DNA of 61,600 nucleotides from Rhina ancylostomus (lineage: Eukaryota): NCBI GenBank assembly GCA_030265395.1, contig JARFYF010000054.1:24502985-24564584 (forward strand). Reading direction: 5' to 3'. Positions 1 to 12,400 of this stretch are shown in pieces; positions within the stretch are counted from its first letter, which is position 1; each line of letters opens with the position of its first letter. A program made the position numbers and the translations under genes. The notes beneath the pieces were generated by a model. It saw only the letters and a program-made list of their open reading frames with translations, was not told the origin of the DNA and did no database searches.

Positions 1-709
1 CCTGAGCCCCATCAGGGGCCTAGCATAAGAACCTGTGTTTCTCTGGCACTGGTTGCCAGAGTATTGGTCTACCTTTATGTATACTTTGGTTCCAGTTGCT
101 TAGAGTGGTGTACTCTATAGCAGTCCTGTGTTCTCTATTCCTTTGTGAAGATCCCGTTCGTGTTGGGATTCCTCTTCTCATCTCCAAGGCAAGATTCCTT
201 CCAGTTACTGCCTGAGGAAGTATCCTGACTCCAGTCTTATATCCGTGTGCCGCATTTGGGTTCTCTGTGAGTTTGCTCTGGATCAACATTGTAACACCAA
301 GCAGTTTTTCCTGAATACCTCATTGGATTTATTGGCTGTCCTGTTAACAGAAAAGCAGGAAAAATCCAATATGGCTAATCACCATCCAATCTGTCTATTC
401 TTTGTCATCAGCAACATAATGGAGGCTGTCATTGACACTATTGGAGGACAGTTACCTGCTAATAATCGGATGTCCTGTTTGGGTTTCACTGGGACCATTT
501 GGTTCCTGACCTTATCACAGCTTGGTTCAAAGATCTGAATTCCAAAGGTAAGATGAGAGCGAATGCCCTTGGCTTTAGGCAATGTTTGACTGAGTACGGA
601 ATCAAGATAAAACTGAGCATCAGATGCAAAACATTCCAAGGGTCATAGTCATACCCCCCATAAAGGAAGGTAGCTGTGGTTGTGGAAAGTTGGTCATCCC
701 AGCCCTGAG

Positions 710-3700
710 GAGGCTCGGCAGTGTCAAGGTACTGTAACTTAAGGTAGAGTCAGAGTCGTTTCTTTCTTTTAGCCCAGCACGAATTTCAGAGGCAGAAATG
801 GCCGTCAGTGGAATGGTATTCTCCTCCTGTTAAATTTGGGAAATCAGGGTCAAGTGTCCCTGACAATGACATTTGCAGGAAGTGTGGCCAGCTGTAGCTC
901 CTCTCAGACAGCATGGATTGGTTGGAAGGGCAGTTGGGGAGCAGAGGGGGGGCAGAACGTGTGACAGATAGGAACTTCAGGGAGGTGGTCACTGATTCAG
1001 CTAGGGAGATGGGTGACTGGCAGGGTGAAAGGCAGGTAGTGCAGGAGTCCCCTGTAGCTATTCCCCTCTCTAACAAGTATACCATTTTGGATACTGTTGG
1101 AGGGTTGGACTCTCGGGAAAGCAACAGCAGCAGCTGGATCAGTGACACAATTGACTCATTTGTACAGCAGGGATCAAAGTCTAGGCAAGTGGTAGTGATA
1201 GGGGACTTTAGAGTCAGGGGCACAGAAAGGCATTTCTGTGGCCGCGAACAAGACTCCACATGTTGTGTTGCCTCCCTGGTGCCATGGTAAGGATGTACCT
1301 GAGAGGGTACAGGACGTTCTGAAAGCAACCAGAGAACATGGTCCATATTGATACCGATGACAGAGCCAAGAAAAGAGATAAGGTCCTAAAAGGTGACTGT
1401 AGGAGTTAGGCAGAAGGTTAAAAAGCAGGACCCCCAGGATTCTAATCTTAGGATTAGTCCCTGTACCACTTGCCAGTCAGGGTGGGGATAGGGTGATAAG
1501 ACAAACAAATGCATGGCTGAATTGGTGCAGATGTGAGAACTTCAGCTGCTTGGATCATTGAGATCTCTTGTGTGGTAGAGGGGACCTGTGCAAGGGAGCG
1601 AGGTTACATCTGAGGGACCAATATCCTCATGGGGAGGTTTGCTAGTGCCACTCAGGAAGGTTTAAGCTAGTCAGGCTGGAGGGTGAGACCCAATGTGGTA
1701 GTGAATCAGATGAGAAAGTTGAAGCAAATATAGTGGTTAGAGCTAGCAAGTCCAGTAGGCATGCTGGGCAGGAGCAGAACAGGGAGAAGGAAGGGCTGAT
1801 AACCTAAACTGCATTTACTTTGATGCAAGAAACCTCACAGGTAGTACAGTTGAACTCAAGAACATGGATCGGCACATGTGATTGCAATGGAAACATAGTT
1901 GAGGGATGGATAAGACTGGAGCTCAGTGTTGCAGAGTACCAACACTTCTGACATAGAGGTAAGAGAGGAGTGGGAGTTGCACAATGATTAGGGAAAACAT
2001 CACGAAAGTACTTAGAGAGGATATTCCAGAGGGAACATCCAAAGGGGTTTTATGGGTAGAACTAGGAGAAAAATAGTGGTGATCACTTTGGGATTATACT
2101 GTAGGCCCCTCTAATTGTCAGGAGGAATTAGAGTTTATGTGTAGGGAAATCAGATAAGTGTAGGAATAATAGTAGGTAATTTTAACTTCCCTAATGTTGA
2201 CTGAAACTGCCATAGTGCTAAGGGATCAGAGGGGCCTATATTTATTAAGTGTGTCCAGGATAGGTTTCTGAAGCAATATGTAGATGACCCCGCTAGAAAA
2301 GTGGCTACACTCAACCTCCTGTTGGGAAATGAGGCTGGGCAAGTGATTGATGCATCAGTCGGGGATCATATTGGGACGAACGATCATAATTCCATTAGTT
2401 TCAAGATGGTTTTGGCCACTGATAGGACTAGTCCTCAAGTTAAAGTCCTAAGTTGGTGGAAGGCTAATTTCGATAACATTGGACTGGAACTTACAAAGGT
2501 GATTGGGAGAAGCTGTTAGCAGGTAAAAGGACATTTGGCAAGTGGGAGCCTTTTAAAATTGAGCTAGGAAGAGTTCAGGGCCAACATGTTCCTGTTAGAG
2601 TGAAGGATAAGTCTGGCAAGGTGTAGTAACCTTTGTTGACAAAGAATGTTGAGAGTCTAGTTAGGAAAAAGGAGGCATCTGTCAGGTAATGGCAGCTGGG
2701 ATCTTGAGGAATATAAGGGATGTCGGCGTACACCTAAGAAGAAAATTAGAAGAGCATGGAAATATCCCTGAAAGATGTGGTGAAGGAGAAGCCTAAGAGA
2801 TTCTGCAAGTATGGTAAAAGGATAGCTAGAGAGAGAGTAGATCCTCATAAGAATCAGTGTGGTAATCTATGTGAGGAGACACAGAAAATGGGCAAGATCT
2901 AAAATGAATGCTTCTCATCTTTACTTACTGTGGAGAAAGACATGGGAGGGAACAGTGATATTATGGAGCATATCAACGTTATAAAGGAGGAGGATTTGGA
3001 GATCTTGAAATGCATGAAAGTGGATAAACCCGTGGGGCCTGACTAGGTGAATCCTGGGATGTTATGGGATGCAAGGGAGGAGATTTCTAGGGCCCTGGCA
3101 GAGATTTTTGTATCTTTGTTAGCCACAGCTCAGGTACCAGGAGACTGGAGAATAGCAAATGATGTGCCTTTATTTAAGAACAACAGCGGTGTTAAGCCAG
3201 GGAACTACAGGCCAGTGAGCCTTACATCAGTGGTGGGAAAGTTATTGGAATGGATTCTGACAGACAGGATTTATTTGCATTTGGAAAGGCAAAGACTGAT
3301 TGGGGGTAGTCAGTTTGGTTTTGTGCACGGGAACTTGTATCTCATGAATTTGATTGGTTTTTTTTGAAGAGGGGACCAAGAGGTCTACATGCATTTCAAC
3401 AAGGTCTTTTACAAGGACCCACATGGTAGGCTGGTCAGAAGGTTAGAATGCATGGGATCCATGGTGAGTTAATCAATTGGATACAAAATTGGCTTTGTGA
3501 TAGGAGGCAGAGGGAGGTAGTGGAGGGTTGCTTCTCAGATTGGAGGCCTCTGAGCAATTATGTGCCGCTGAGATCGGTGCTGGGTCCTCTGTCATATTTA
3601 TTAATGTTTTGGATGAGAATGTAGGTGGCATGATTAGTAAGTTTGTAGATGACACCAAAATTGCTGGTGTAGTGAACAGTGAAGAAGGTTGCCTAATATT

Positions 3701-4405
3701 AAAACAAGATGTAGATCAAATGGGGAAAGTGGCATGGGAATAGCTGATGGAATTTAACTCGGACAATTGTGAAGTGGTGCATTTTGGGAATTTAAATCAG
3801 GGCAGGACATAAACAGTGAATGACAGGGCCCTTGGAAGCGTTGTTGAACAGAGAGACCATGGGGTGCAAGTCTATAGTTTCCTGAAAGTGGCAACATAAG
3901 TAGATGAAGAAGGCATATGGGATGCTTGCCGTCATCTGCTGAAGCACTGAGTATAAGAGTTGAGAAGTCGTGTTACAATTGTACAAAAGGGCACAGAAAG
4001 GATTCACAAGTATGTTGCCTGGATTAAAGGGATTGAGTTATAAGGAGTTTGGATAGCTGGGTCTATTTTCCCTGGAGTAAAGGAGGTTGAGGGGTCACAT
4101 GATTGAGGTAAATGTGAGGAATAAAAAGGGTTGATAGCCAAAGTGTTTTCCCTGGTAGAGGAGGAGGTTTAACGGGGATCTGAGGGGTAATCTTTCACAC
4201 AAAGGGCAGCTGGAATCTGGAATGAGCTGCCAGAGGAGGTGGTGGAGGCAGGAATAGTAACAACATTTAAGAGGCATTGTGACAGGAATGAGCAGAGCTT
4301 AGAAGGATATGGAATTAATGCAGGCAAACGAGATTTGTATAGATAGGCATGGTGGTCGGCATAAATGTAGTGGGTGGAAGGGTCTGTGCTGTACAACTCC
4401 ATAGC
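710..4405 (+). mobile_element. Near full-length decayed CR1 LINE (ORF1 Zn-finger/esterase + ORF2 APE-RT)
   Basis: ORF1 remnant from ATG 798 with VVVIGD.RVRGTERHFCG (SGNH esterase block); APE start LNCIYFDAR near 1803; RT motifs PGNYRPVSLTSVVGKLLE and ISKFVDDTKI; CR1 3' UTR near 4400; many stops and frameshifts. Confidence 0.9.
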
Positions 4406-4479
4406 TCACTGTAGGAATTCTTCATGGCAACACCTTATACTCAACCATCTGCAGCTGCTTCATTAATAAGTTACCTACC

Positions 4480-5350
4480 ATCATAAGGTTGGAAGTGGGA
4501 ATGTTTGCTGATGTTTGCATAATGTAAATTCCATTTCCAACTCCTCACTATTAGAAGCAGCCCTTGCCTGGACCCCAGCCCACGCTCAGACATATGCTGA
4601 TGTGGCAAATAACATTTGTTCCACAAAAGTGCCAGGAAAAGTGACCATCCAAAAAAAGGAGGGGGGGGTGGTCTAACTACCTCATCTTGATGACATTTGA
4701 TGGCATTACGATTGCTGATTTCCACACACCCCCNNNNNNNNNNNNNNNNNNNNNNNNNNNNNNNNAACCGGACCAGTCACATAAATACCATGGCTGCAAG
4801 CAGAGGTCAGAGGCTGGATATCCTGTGGCAAGTAACTCATCTCTTGACACTGTAAAGTTTTTCCACCATCGAAGTCAAAAGCATGATGGAATACTCCCTA
4901 CTTGGATGAGTGCATCCCCTTCACTCCCAACAACTGAAGAAGCTTACCACCATTGAGGACAAAGTTTGATTGGCATTCTGTCCACCACCACAAGCATTGC
5001 TTCCACCAGGAGTGCACAGTGGCTGCAGTGCATACTAGCTACAAAATGCTCAGTATTTACTCACCCAGGTTGCATGAACCCATGGCTTCTACCACCAAGA
5101 AGAATAAGGGCAGTAGGTGCATGGGAACACCACCAATAGCAGGTTTCTGTCCCAGTCGCACACCACCTTGACTCAGAAATAAAATGAGAGTCTTTATCAT
5201 AGTTGGATCTAAATCCAGGAACTCCCAACTCAACAGCACTGTGGGGGTACCTTCATTAGAACAATAGCCATGGTTGAAGAAAGCAGCTCACCACCACCTT
5301 CTCAATGGCAATTTGGGTTGAGCACTAAATGCTGTTCTTGCCGGCTGCAC
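4480..5350 (+). mobile_element. 3' fragment of a second CR1/L2-group LINE
   Basis: gggaatgtttgctgatg (MFADD-like), decayed C-terminal ORF, tail gcagctcaccaccaccttctcaa...taaatgctg. Confidence 0.6.
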
Positions 5351-6312
5351 CAGATCTCAAATATGAATTATAAGGAATTGACTCTTTTACATTTTTTACT
5401 CCAGGTTGAGACAAAGTAAACCTGAATGGTGAAAAGTTTTATGAACTACATCTGCAGAATAACTTCCCAGTTTACCACAAATCACATTTCATGTACTTTA
5501 CTAAACATTGGTCTCAGTAAAACTGGAGCTGAGGCAATACCAGGGTGTGCAGAGGGATAGTGAGTACAATGCTGACAGTCATAATGGTTAATAATTTCCA
5601 GAAGGGTTTCAAGATCATTTCCTAATTTTCTTTAAAATACCTTAACTATTCCCTGTTACAAAGTATTCTGCATTCAGGCAAGTTGTGATATAAAACAACT
5701 TATTCTAAACACTCTTTGCTCTGTTAACAGTTCTGAGTTGCTAACAGTTTACTACTGTGTGTGTCTTATTTGTATGTCCTGTTTATTTTATTATGTGGTA
5801 CCTGCATCATGTTCCTTTTTGCTCATTTTATGTTTCTTGTGGCTGCAGCTTTCCCCTACTCTGCACATTCTCTCTTCCTTGCCTGCAGCTGACATTCTGT
5901 CTCCTTATCCTCATGTTGACTCTGCCAACTCTTCCAATTGTGCTGGAAAAATTGATCTAAAGTTTTAAGTCTATTCCCCTTTCCACAGTTGTGGCTCGAC
6001 CTGTTGCGTATTTCCAGCATTTTCCTTTTTTAATTTCAGAATTTCATTATCCACAAGATTTTATTTTTGTGTGAGTCAATGTTCTGAGTCATAAGTACAG
6101 ACTTTGAAAAGCATTAACACTTCTCTAACCCCAGCTGTCTTCCACTGAATATAACTAACTTGGATATTCTGTATGTTCGTAAATAAAGGTTTCCATGAAA
6201 AAATCTTATAAACAACTTGTGTTCCAAAAATATGTGTTCACATTTATTAATCTTCTGAATTCCTATTCCTAGAATAAATCTGAGTACCTGTTCTATTCTT
6301 GTGTCTTCACAG

Positions 6313-6447
6313 GAGGCTCCAGATCAGTTAAAGCAGACTGACTTTGAGCGAGTGCTGAGAGAATCCCAAAAGGAAGTATTGCGACTGCAGAGACAGTTAG
6401 CTGTGGTGTCTCTCCAAGGGTCCTCTCACTTGAGGGGCCAAGGGACT
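6313..6447 (+). CDS. TSPOAP1: TSPOAP1 exon, [45 protein letters not shown]
   Basis: ttcacag| acceptor, |gtgagt donor, 135 bp, phase 0/0; [19 protein letters not shown] motif of RIM-BP1. Confidence 0.9.
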
Positions 6448-9400
6448 GTGAGTAAAAAGCACATACGTCAAGATGTTTACCTCTTCTTGGATCAATCCTA
6501 CTTCCAATTTGGCCTATGTTATCCAGCAATAGTATCTCACCCGCTCTCTTTCCTATCTTGTACATCTCCCTTCTTTTTCATCTCCCTTCTACCTCTACCC
6601 ACACAGTCACCATTCTACATTTCACCTCCCCACCCAAAATCATTGACAAGAGAGGCTGAATAAACTGCAGCAGGAGCAATTGAGTGCACTCTTCCACAGT
6701 GAGCCAAAGCTGCCTCTCCACCCAAAACAGTGCAATAGAGAGCTATTGTTTCTTATTTCTGAATCTGTGAAACAGGATAGAACAGGAGACTCAATTTGCA
6801 GGATTAAAAGAGAGTCGTAAACACCTGGTGCTAGAGAGTCCAGAGTGGATACTATGGGTATTGACCAAAATCTGGTGAAATGTTAAGAGTGTTGAATATA
6901 GCCATTGTCTATTATTAAGATCCACTATCATGTCATGTAACCTTTTAATGTGCATTTGCTCCTATCAAACATTTAAACCAAGTAAGGCAGATTTCACTTG
7001 GATTTGTACCAAATAAGATCAGGAGGTCTTTAGCAGTAACTTGTGATGATTGTCGGAGTGCTAATATTGTCAATGCCTTATATAAAAAATTATTACAGCA
7101 TCGACAATGATTTAGAGAGGGCTTCACATGTCCACCAGATCTAGTGCAGGTAATTTATATTTAGAGGTGTAAGGTCAAACATATCTAGCTATAGTTGGTA
7201 TGCTTAGTAAGTATGCAGATAAAACAAAATTGGTGGTACAGTGGACACTGAAGAAATTTATTTAAGATTACAACAGGATCTAGATCAACTGGGGAACTGA
7301 GTGAAGGATTGAGTACCCATTCATCGATCCTGTGTATATTCCCATGGAGACTATTTGCATTGTCATAGTTTGCTTTCCCGGCTAGTTTTGTACAAAGAAC
7401 AAATTTGTTTACATTGCGCTCAGATCTCAACACCAAAGTCATTAGTATTGATTGTAAATGGCTGCGGCCACAACACTTGAGAAATCTGTCCATTGAGTTT
7501 CAGGAATAACAACATCATCTCCATCAGGGATGCATGTGATATTGTTGTTCTTTAGGCTTCTACTGGACATTGCAGCGGAGTTTTAACCAAGTGGTACCTC
7601 CTAAGGGAAGACAGTCTTGCAAGAGGCCTGCAGATTAAGGAACATACTAATTGCACTTTATTTTCCTCCTCCTGCCACTACTGAGGCTATCAAATAGCTG
7701 AGCAAGCTGCAGGGCTTGAACTGTTAGTTGAAAGTGAAACAGAATTACCAAAGCCTCAGTGAACACTGTTAGTTCAGCATCTGCAACTAGTGCTAATCTA
7801 CCATTAGTACTTAAAAATAGATGTTGTTCTGTGTTGAGTTCCTGTAGCTGCAGTCTAATTCAGGCTCCAGTTTCCCACTTGCATCCCAATTCTGCTTCCA
7901 TTCTGCTATCACAGTCCAACATTGAGACCAATTCCTACTTCCGGTCTGACAGACATCTATAAATTACCTACAGTACAACTCAGGCCCTGATCAACTATCT
8001 AAAATTAAACACAGACTCCATTCTCAATTAACTACAATCTAACACATCACCCTGACATACTTCTTCTGTTCTTTTACAATCGTACCACTTCCCCTGCCAC
8101 TGCTAGAACTCTGACTCCGTACTCTGCTGCACCATTTGCTGAAGTGCTTCCATCCCTGGTGCCTCACTCTCCATCTGTGACAGTGAGACTGCCCCATTGG
8201 ATTTCCTTCCCGAACTCTCCTCCACTCCAGTCTGCTGTATTCAATTAAGACCATCCTTAAAACCTACTTCTGTGACTCTTTGACTTATTTGATGAATCTT
8301 TGACTAACTTCTTGTTTTTGCCCAGTATCCATTTTTTGTCTGATTACACTTGTGAAGTGCCTTGGACTTTTTGTATGCATGAAAAGTATTATATAACTGG
8401 AAATGGATTTTAAGGTATTTCAGTGCAGTGAGCACTCCTCTACAATTCACCATTTTTATTAAAACACTACTTAAAACTGATCAATTAGGAGAATTTCTGC
8501 TTTGCACATTCTCCCCCTCCCAATCAGCAAATGCAAGAGAGGTTGCAACAGAGCTGGAAGCAGTGATGATACCTGATAAGACAGTTATATGGATTTAGGC
8601 ACTACCATGGTGTGCGAAAAGGGAAGGGGAGGTTTGGAACAATCTATCCACGACTGCTACACTATCTACATCACTTACTGATCTCGTATCTGCCTTTCTG
8701 CCTTAAACTATAATATTAAATATGATCCTCATTTCTCCTGAAGGAAGTTAATGGGCTGGAATTTCCTGTTGAATGCTTAGATGGTGCCTCACTCTCCACC
8801 TGTGACAGTGAGACTGTCCTATAAATCCTTTGGCTGTTGCTTGGTAGCAGCAGGGGCTTTGCCTGGTTGGGTACAGCATCGTCAGCATAGGCTCTACATT
8901 CATTCAGCTTGAATCACTAAGAAAAAGAAGGTAATGTTCAAGGTTTTCTTTCCAATAGTATTAAAACTACAAAATGGTTTTATTCTGGTGTTTCCCCAAG
9001 AGCTTGCTGAGAATATGCTTAACTTCTGGCTTGCTGCCTCTCCATTACAGAACTGGAGCATTTTAATATTTAATATGTTTCTGACTGATTGCATTACTTG
9101 CTCTTGCATTTATGACTCCCATAAAGAGTTCACATAAAACAGGCTATGACTGTGCTGCATTATAACTGTAATGCACTCTGTATGCATGTGTCCCAGGGAC
9201 CATGTTATATAGAGGTTTACTGTTTATTTGATTAAATGTGTTCTGGTTTTGCTTCACAGTGTTGCTCTTACCTCTGGCAATTGAGTATAGATAGAAATTT
9301 GAGTGTAAGATTTTAGTGTTGTTGGTGTAAGAAGGCAAGAACTGTAGGCCTCAGCATGAAATAATGATGAAAGAGAGTTGTATTCTGGAAATAAACTTTA

Positions 9401-12400
9401 GGCTGATTTATTTCATACTCTTTATTTTGAATTATTCTGACTTTCTGCAAAGACAGGTAGCTTTAGTAGAGGTTTTTTTTTGACCTAGCCCCTGCATTAT
9501 CTGTTGTTCAGAGAAGTGTGAATCTGAGCTAATGTTAATTAATGTTGGGAGCATCTTATGTCTGAAGTTTGGTTATTCATTTGGAGCCTCGTATGTCTGA
9601 AGTTTGGCTATCCATTGGGAGTATCTTATGTTTGAGGTCTGGGGCTGGGCATTCACTGGGTAGGTTATGTACCTGACCCGGGATCAGGTTTCCACTGAGA
9701 GCAGCTTCTGCCTGACAACCAGATTCAGACATATAATGGGACCAATTTATTAAGTCCATTGAAGGTTGATAACTAATCTGAAAATTCATCATATGGAAAG
9801 TGTGAAAGTATTACAGGGCTCTTAGCATTTATAATAACCAACATACTATTTGATAAAAATAACATTTATGTTTCGTGCTATTTCAGAAAATTGTGATGCA
9901 GTGTGCTGTTCTTCATTCATCTTACTGATCTGCCTGAGAAACTCATTGCACTTTTAGTTTAGTGTTAATCTCAAAATTGTACCTATGTACTGGGTTAATT
10001 AACTTCTCACTCTTTGCTCTGTATCCCAGGTTTCTAGTTAATTTACCTGGTATGCACCAGCCAAGCATTGTGCAGCTCTGAGCTCAGCTAAATACTCTGA
10101 TACAAATTCACTATCTAAAATTAATACCTGCATTAATATTTTATGAAGCAGATGGATTCTAAGTAAACAAGGTTCTGTACCTATTATTGGAAATGAGAAA
10201 CAAGTTGGCATAGCAATTCCAAACAAACATATTGTAATTAAACCTTTCTGGTATTAGCACCAATAAAGCAAAGATGATTTTAGCAGGTAGAGATTAGAAC
10301 CTTTCTGTAACATAAACAGTGGAAGAAGTTTGAATTGATTATCTTATCCTTGAATTTCATGTGACTGTCTTGCTGACATACTCTGTTCAGTATCAATTTT
10401 GGTTTGTGCTGCTGTACACCAAACTGTGGGTGTGGATAATCCTGAGAGAAAACTTGCCACAAAGTACAAGATGACAGTAATAAACTTACAGAGTGTGTAT
10501 ATAATTGGCAAATTTCATTCTGGAAAGTCATGTGGTAATGCTTCCTGCAGGAACAAACAGTACAGATACACTGATTATTAAAGGCATCAATAAAAGTTAA
10601 AATGGTACTTAAAATCCAAGCAAAGCATTAGCATTCCTTTCCGGAGGAATAGAATTGAAAAGCAGAGAAGTCATATAAAAAAATATAGACCTATGGCACA
10701 ACCATGCTTTCAGTACTATGCCATTCTGGCTTTCGCATTAAAAAATATAAATAGACTGGCAAAGATATTGAAAAAATTTGCATTCATTTGAATTCTATCT
10801 CATGTTTTTATTCCTCATCAGTAACTGCAGTACAACACTGAAACAGGAGTGAAGTTCTTTTTATCTTCAAAGGCCAAAGGGTGTAGCTGGTTTGTATGTT
10901 GTTAGTGCCCCACCTGTGAATAGATAGAACAATTGGAGCATAAAATAACTGCAAATGTTGGAAAACTGAAGCAAAAACAGAAAATGCTTGATGGAAACAG
11001 AAAGGGGTTGGTGGTGGGAAACAAAGTGAAACAGAAGTGCATAGCCACATCTGAGATGAGGGCTACGTTAAAAGCAGAGTGGTTATATGAAATTGTTGAA
11101 TTCAGTATTAAGTTCTGAGGGCTTCAGTGGACCTAGTCAGGAGCTGAGATGCTGTTCCTCAGACTTATTATGGGCATCATTGGATCAATGTAGGAGGCTG
11201 AAGTCAGAATGGGACGGTAATTAAACTTAAAGTCAAGTNNNNNNNNNNNNNNNNNNNNNNNNNNNNNNNNNNNNNNNNNNGTTTCTCCAGTGCAGAGGAG
11301 ACTAAATGTAAAGCACACAGTTGGAAGAAGTGCGAATGAATTGCTGCTTCATCTGGAAGAAATGTTCAGTTCACTGGATAATGAAGAAAACTAGAAGGAC
11401 AGATGTTGCATTTCATGCATTTGCTGGGAGAGTGGTATGGGAAGGGGAGTGATTGGAGGAGATAGTGCACCAGGGAGTTCAGAAGGTAATGGACCCTTTG
11501 GAATGCAGAAAGGAAAAGTGAGGAGAAAATTTGGAGGTGACAGAAATTAGCTGTTGAATATAGAAACTGATAGAGTGGGAGGTGGAGACACAGGGAACCC
11601 AATGGTTGTCTTGTTGGAAGGAGACCGGGTAAGATCTGAAGTACTGGAAATGGAGGAGATGGGGTTGAGAGACATGTTAATAATAGAGGGAAGGCCATGG
11701 TTAAGGCAAGAGGAAGACATCTTAAAGACGCCTGCATGGAAGGTCTTTCATTGGAGCAGATAAAACAGAGACGGAGCAAATGGGAGAATGGAATGTTGTT
11801 GTCACAGGAAACTCGATGAGAGATGTGTCAGGATAACCGAATGCTTCTTTTATGATCTCCAGTGATCCCAATTGTATTCTCTTTAACCCCATTTTAGTTT
11901 TCAATTGTCTATATGAACTTGATCTTTGCCATAAACCTCCTTTTCCTGTTTCATTTTAATTTCAATTTCTTTTGTCACCTGAGGTCTAGCTTTAGATTCG
12001 TTCATTTCCCAATACAAATATACTCGTCTATACCCAAATTATCTCCTCCTTTAGGGACTGTTCATGAAAGAATAAAATTGTGGTTAGCTGAGCATTTGCA
12101 CATTTTAATTGTGTCATTGATTCTAGTGTGCCATGTTGTTTTAGCAGGAGTTCTTTCCTTGCAGACTGACTACCAGTAAGTGAAGATATGCATATGGGTA
12201 CCAATGTTTAAGGGCATGGTGGCTACTGAATAACCTGGTCTCTCTGCCAATTTCCATTGTTCCTCCAGTTTTCCCAAATACATCAAATGAGGTGATTTTT
12301 CATTGGAATGTTGCTGACAGGAATTGACTTACAGATATATCATATTTTGAGTATTGTGCACTATTCTGATCTTTACAGGAAAGACTATAAAGAGACCGGC

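Noticed and set aside
1-640. Short ORFs at the window start
   Set aside because: No splice-compatible TSPOAP1 homology; may be the 5' region of an old minus-strand RTE, but too decayed to call
786-1346. 186-aa minus-strand ORF
   Set aside because: Antisense shadow of the CR1 ORF1 remnant; no independent protein features
9545-9642. CRISPR-like 35-bp repeats
   Set aside because: Units are directly adjacent with no spacers, in a eukaryotic intron with no cas genes; an ordinary minisatellite
12145-12175. Possible microexon before a strong gtaagt donor at 12176
   Set aside because: Available acceptors give 31, 28 or 11 nt, none frame-preserving between phase-0 neighbours, and there is no homology; a poison exon cannot be excluded
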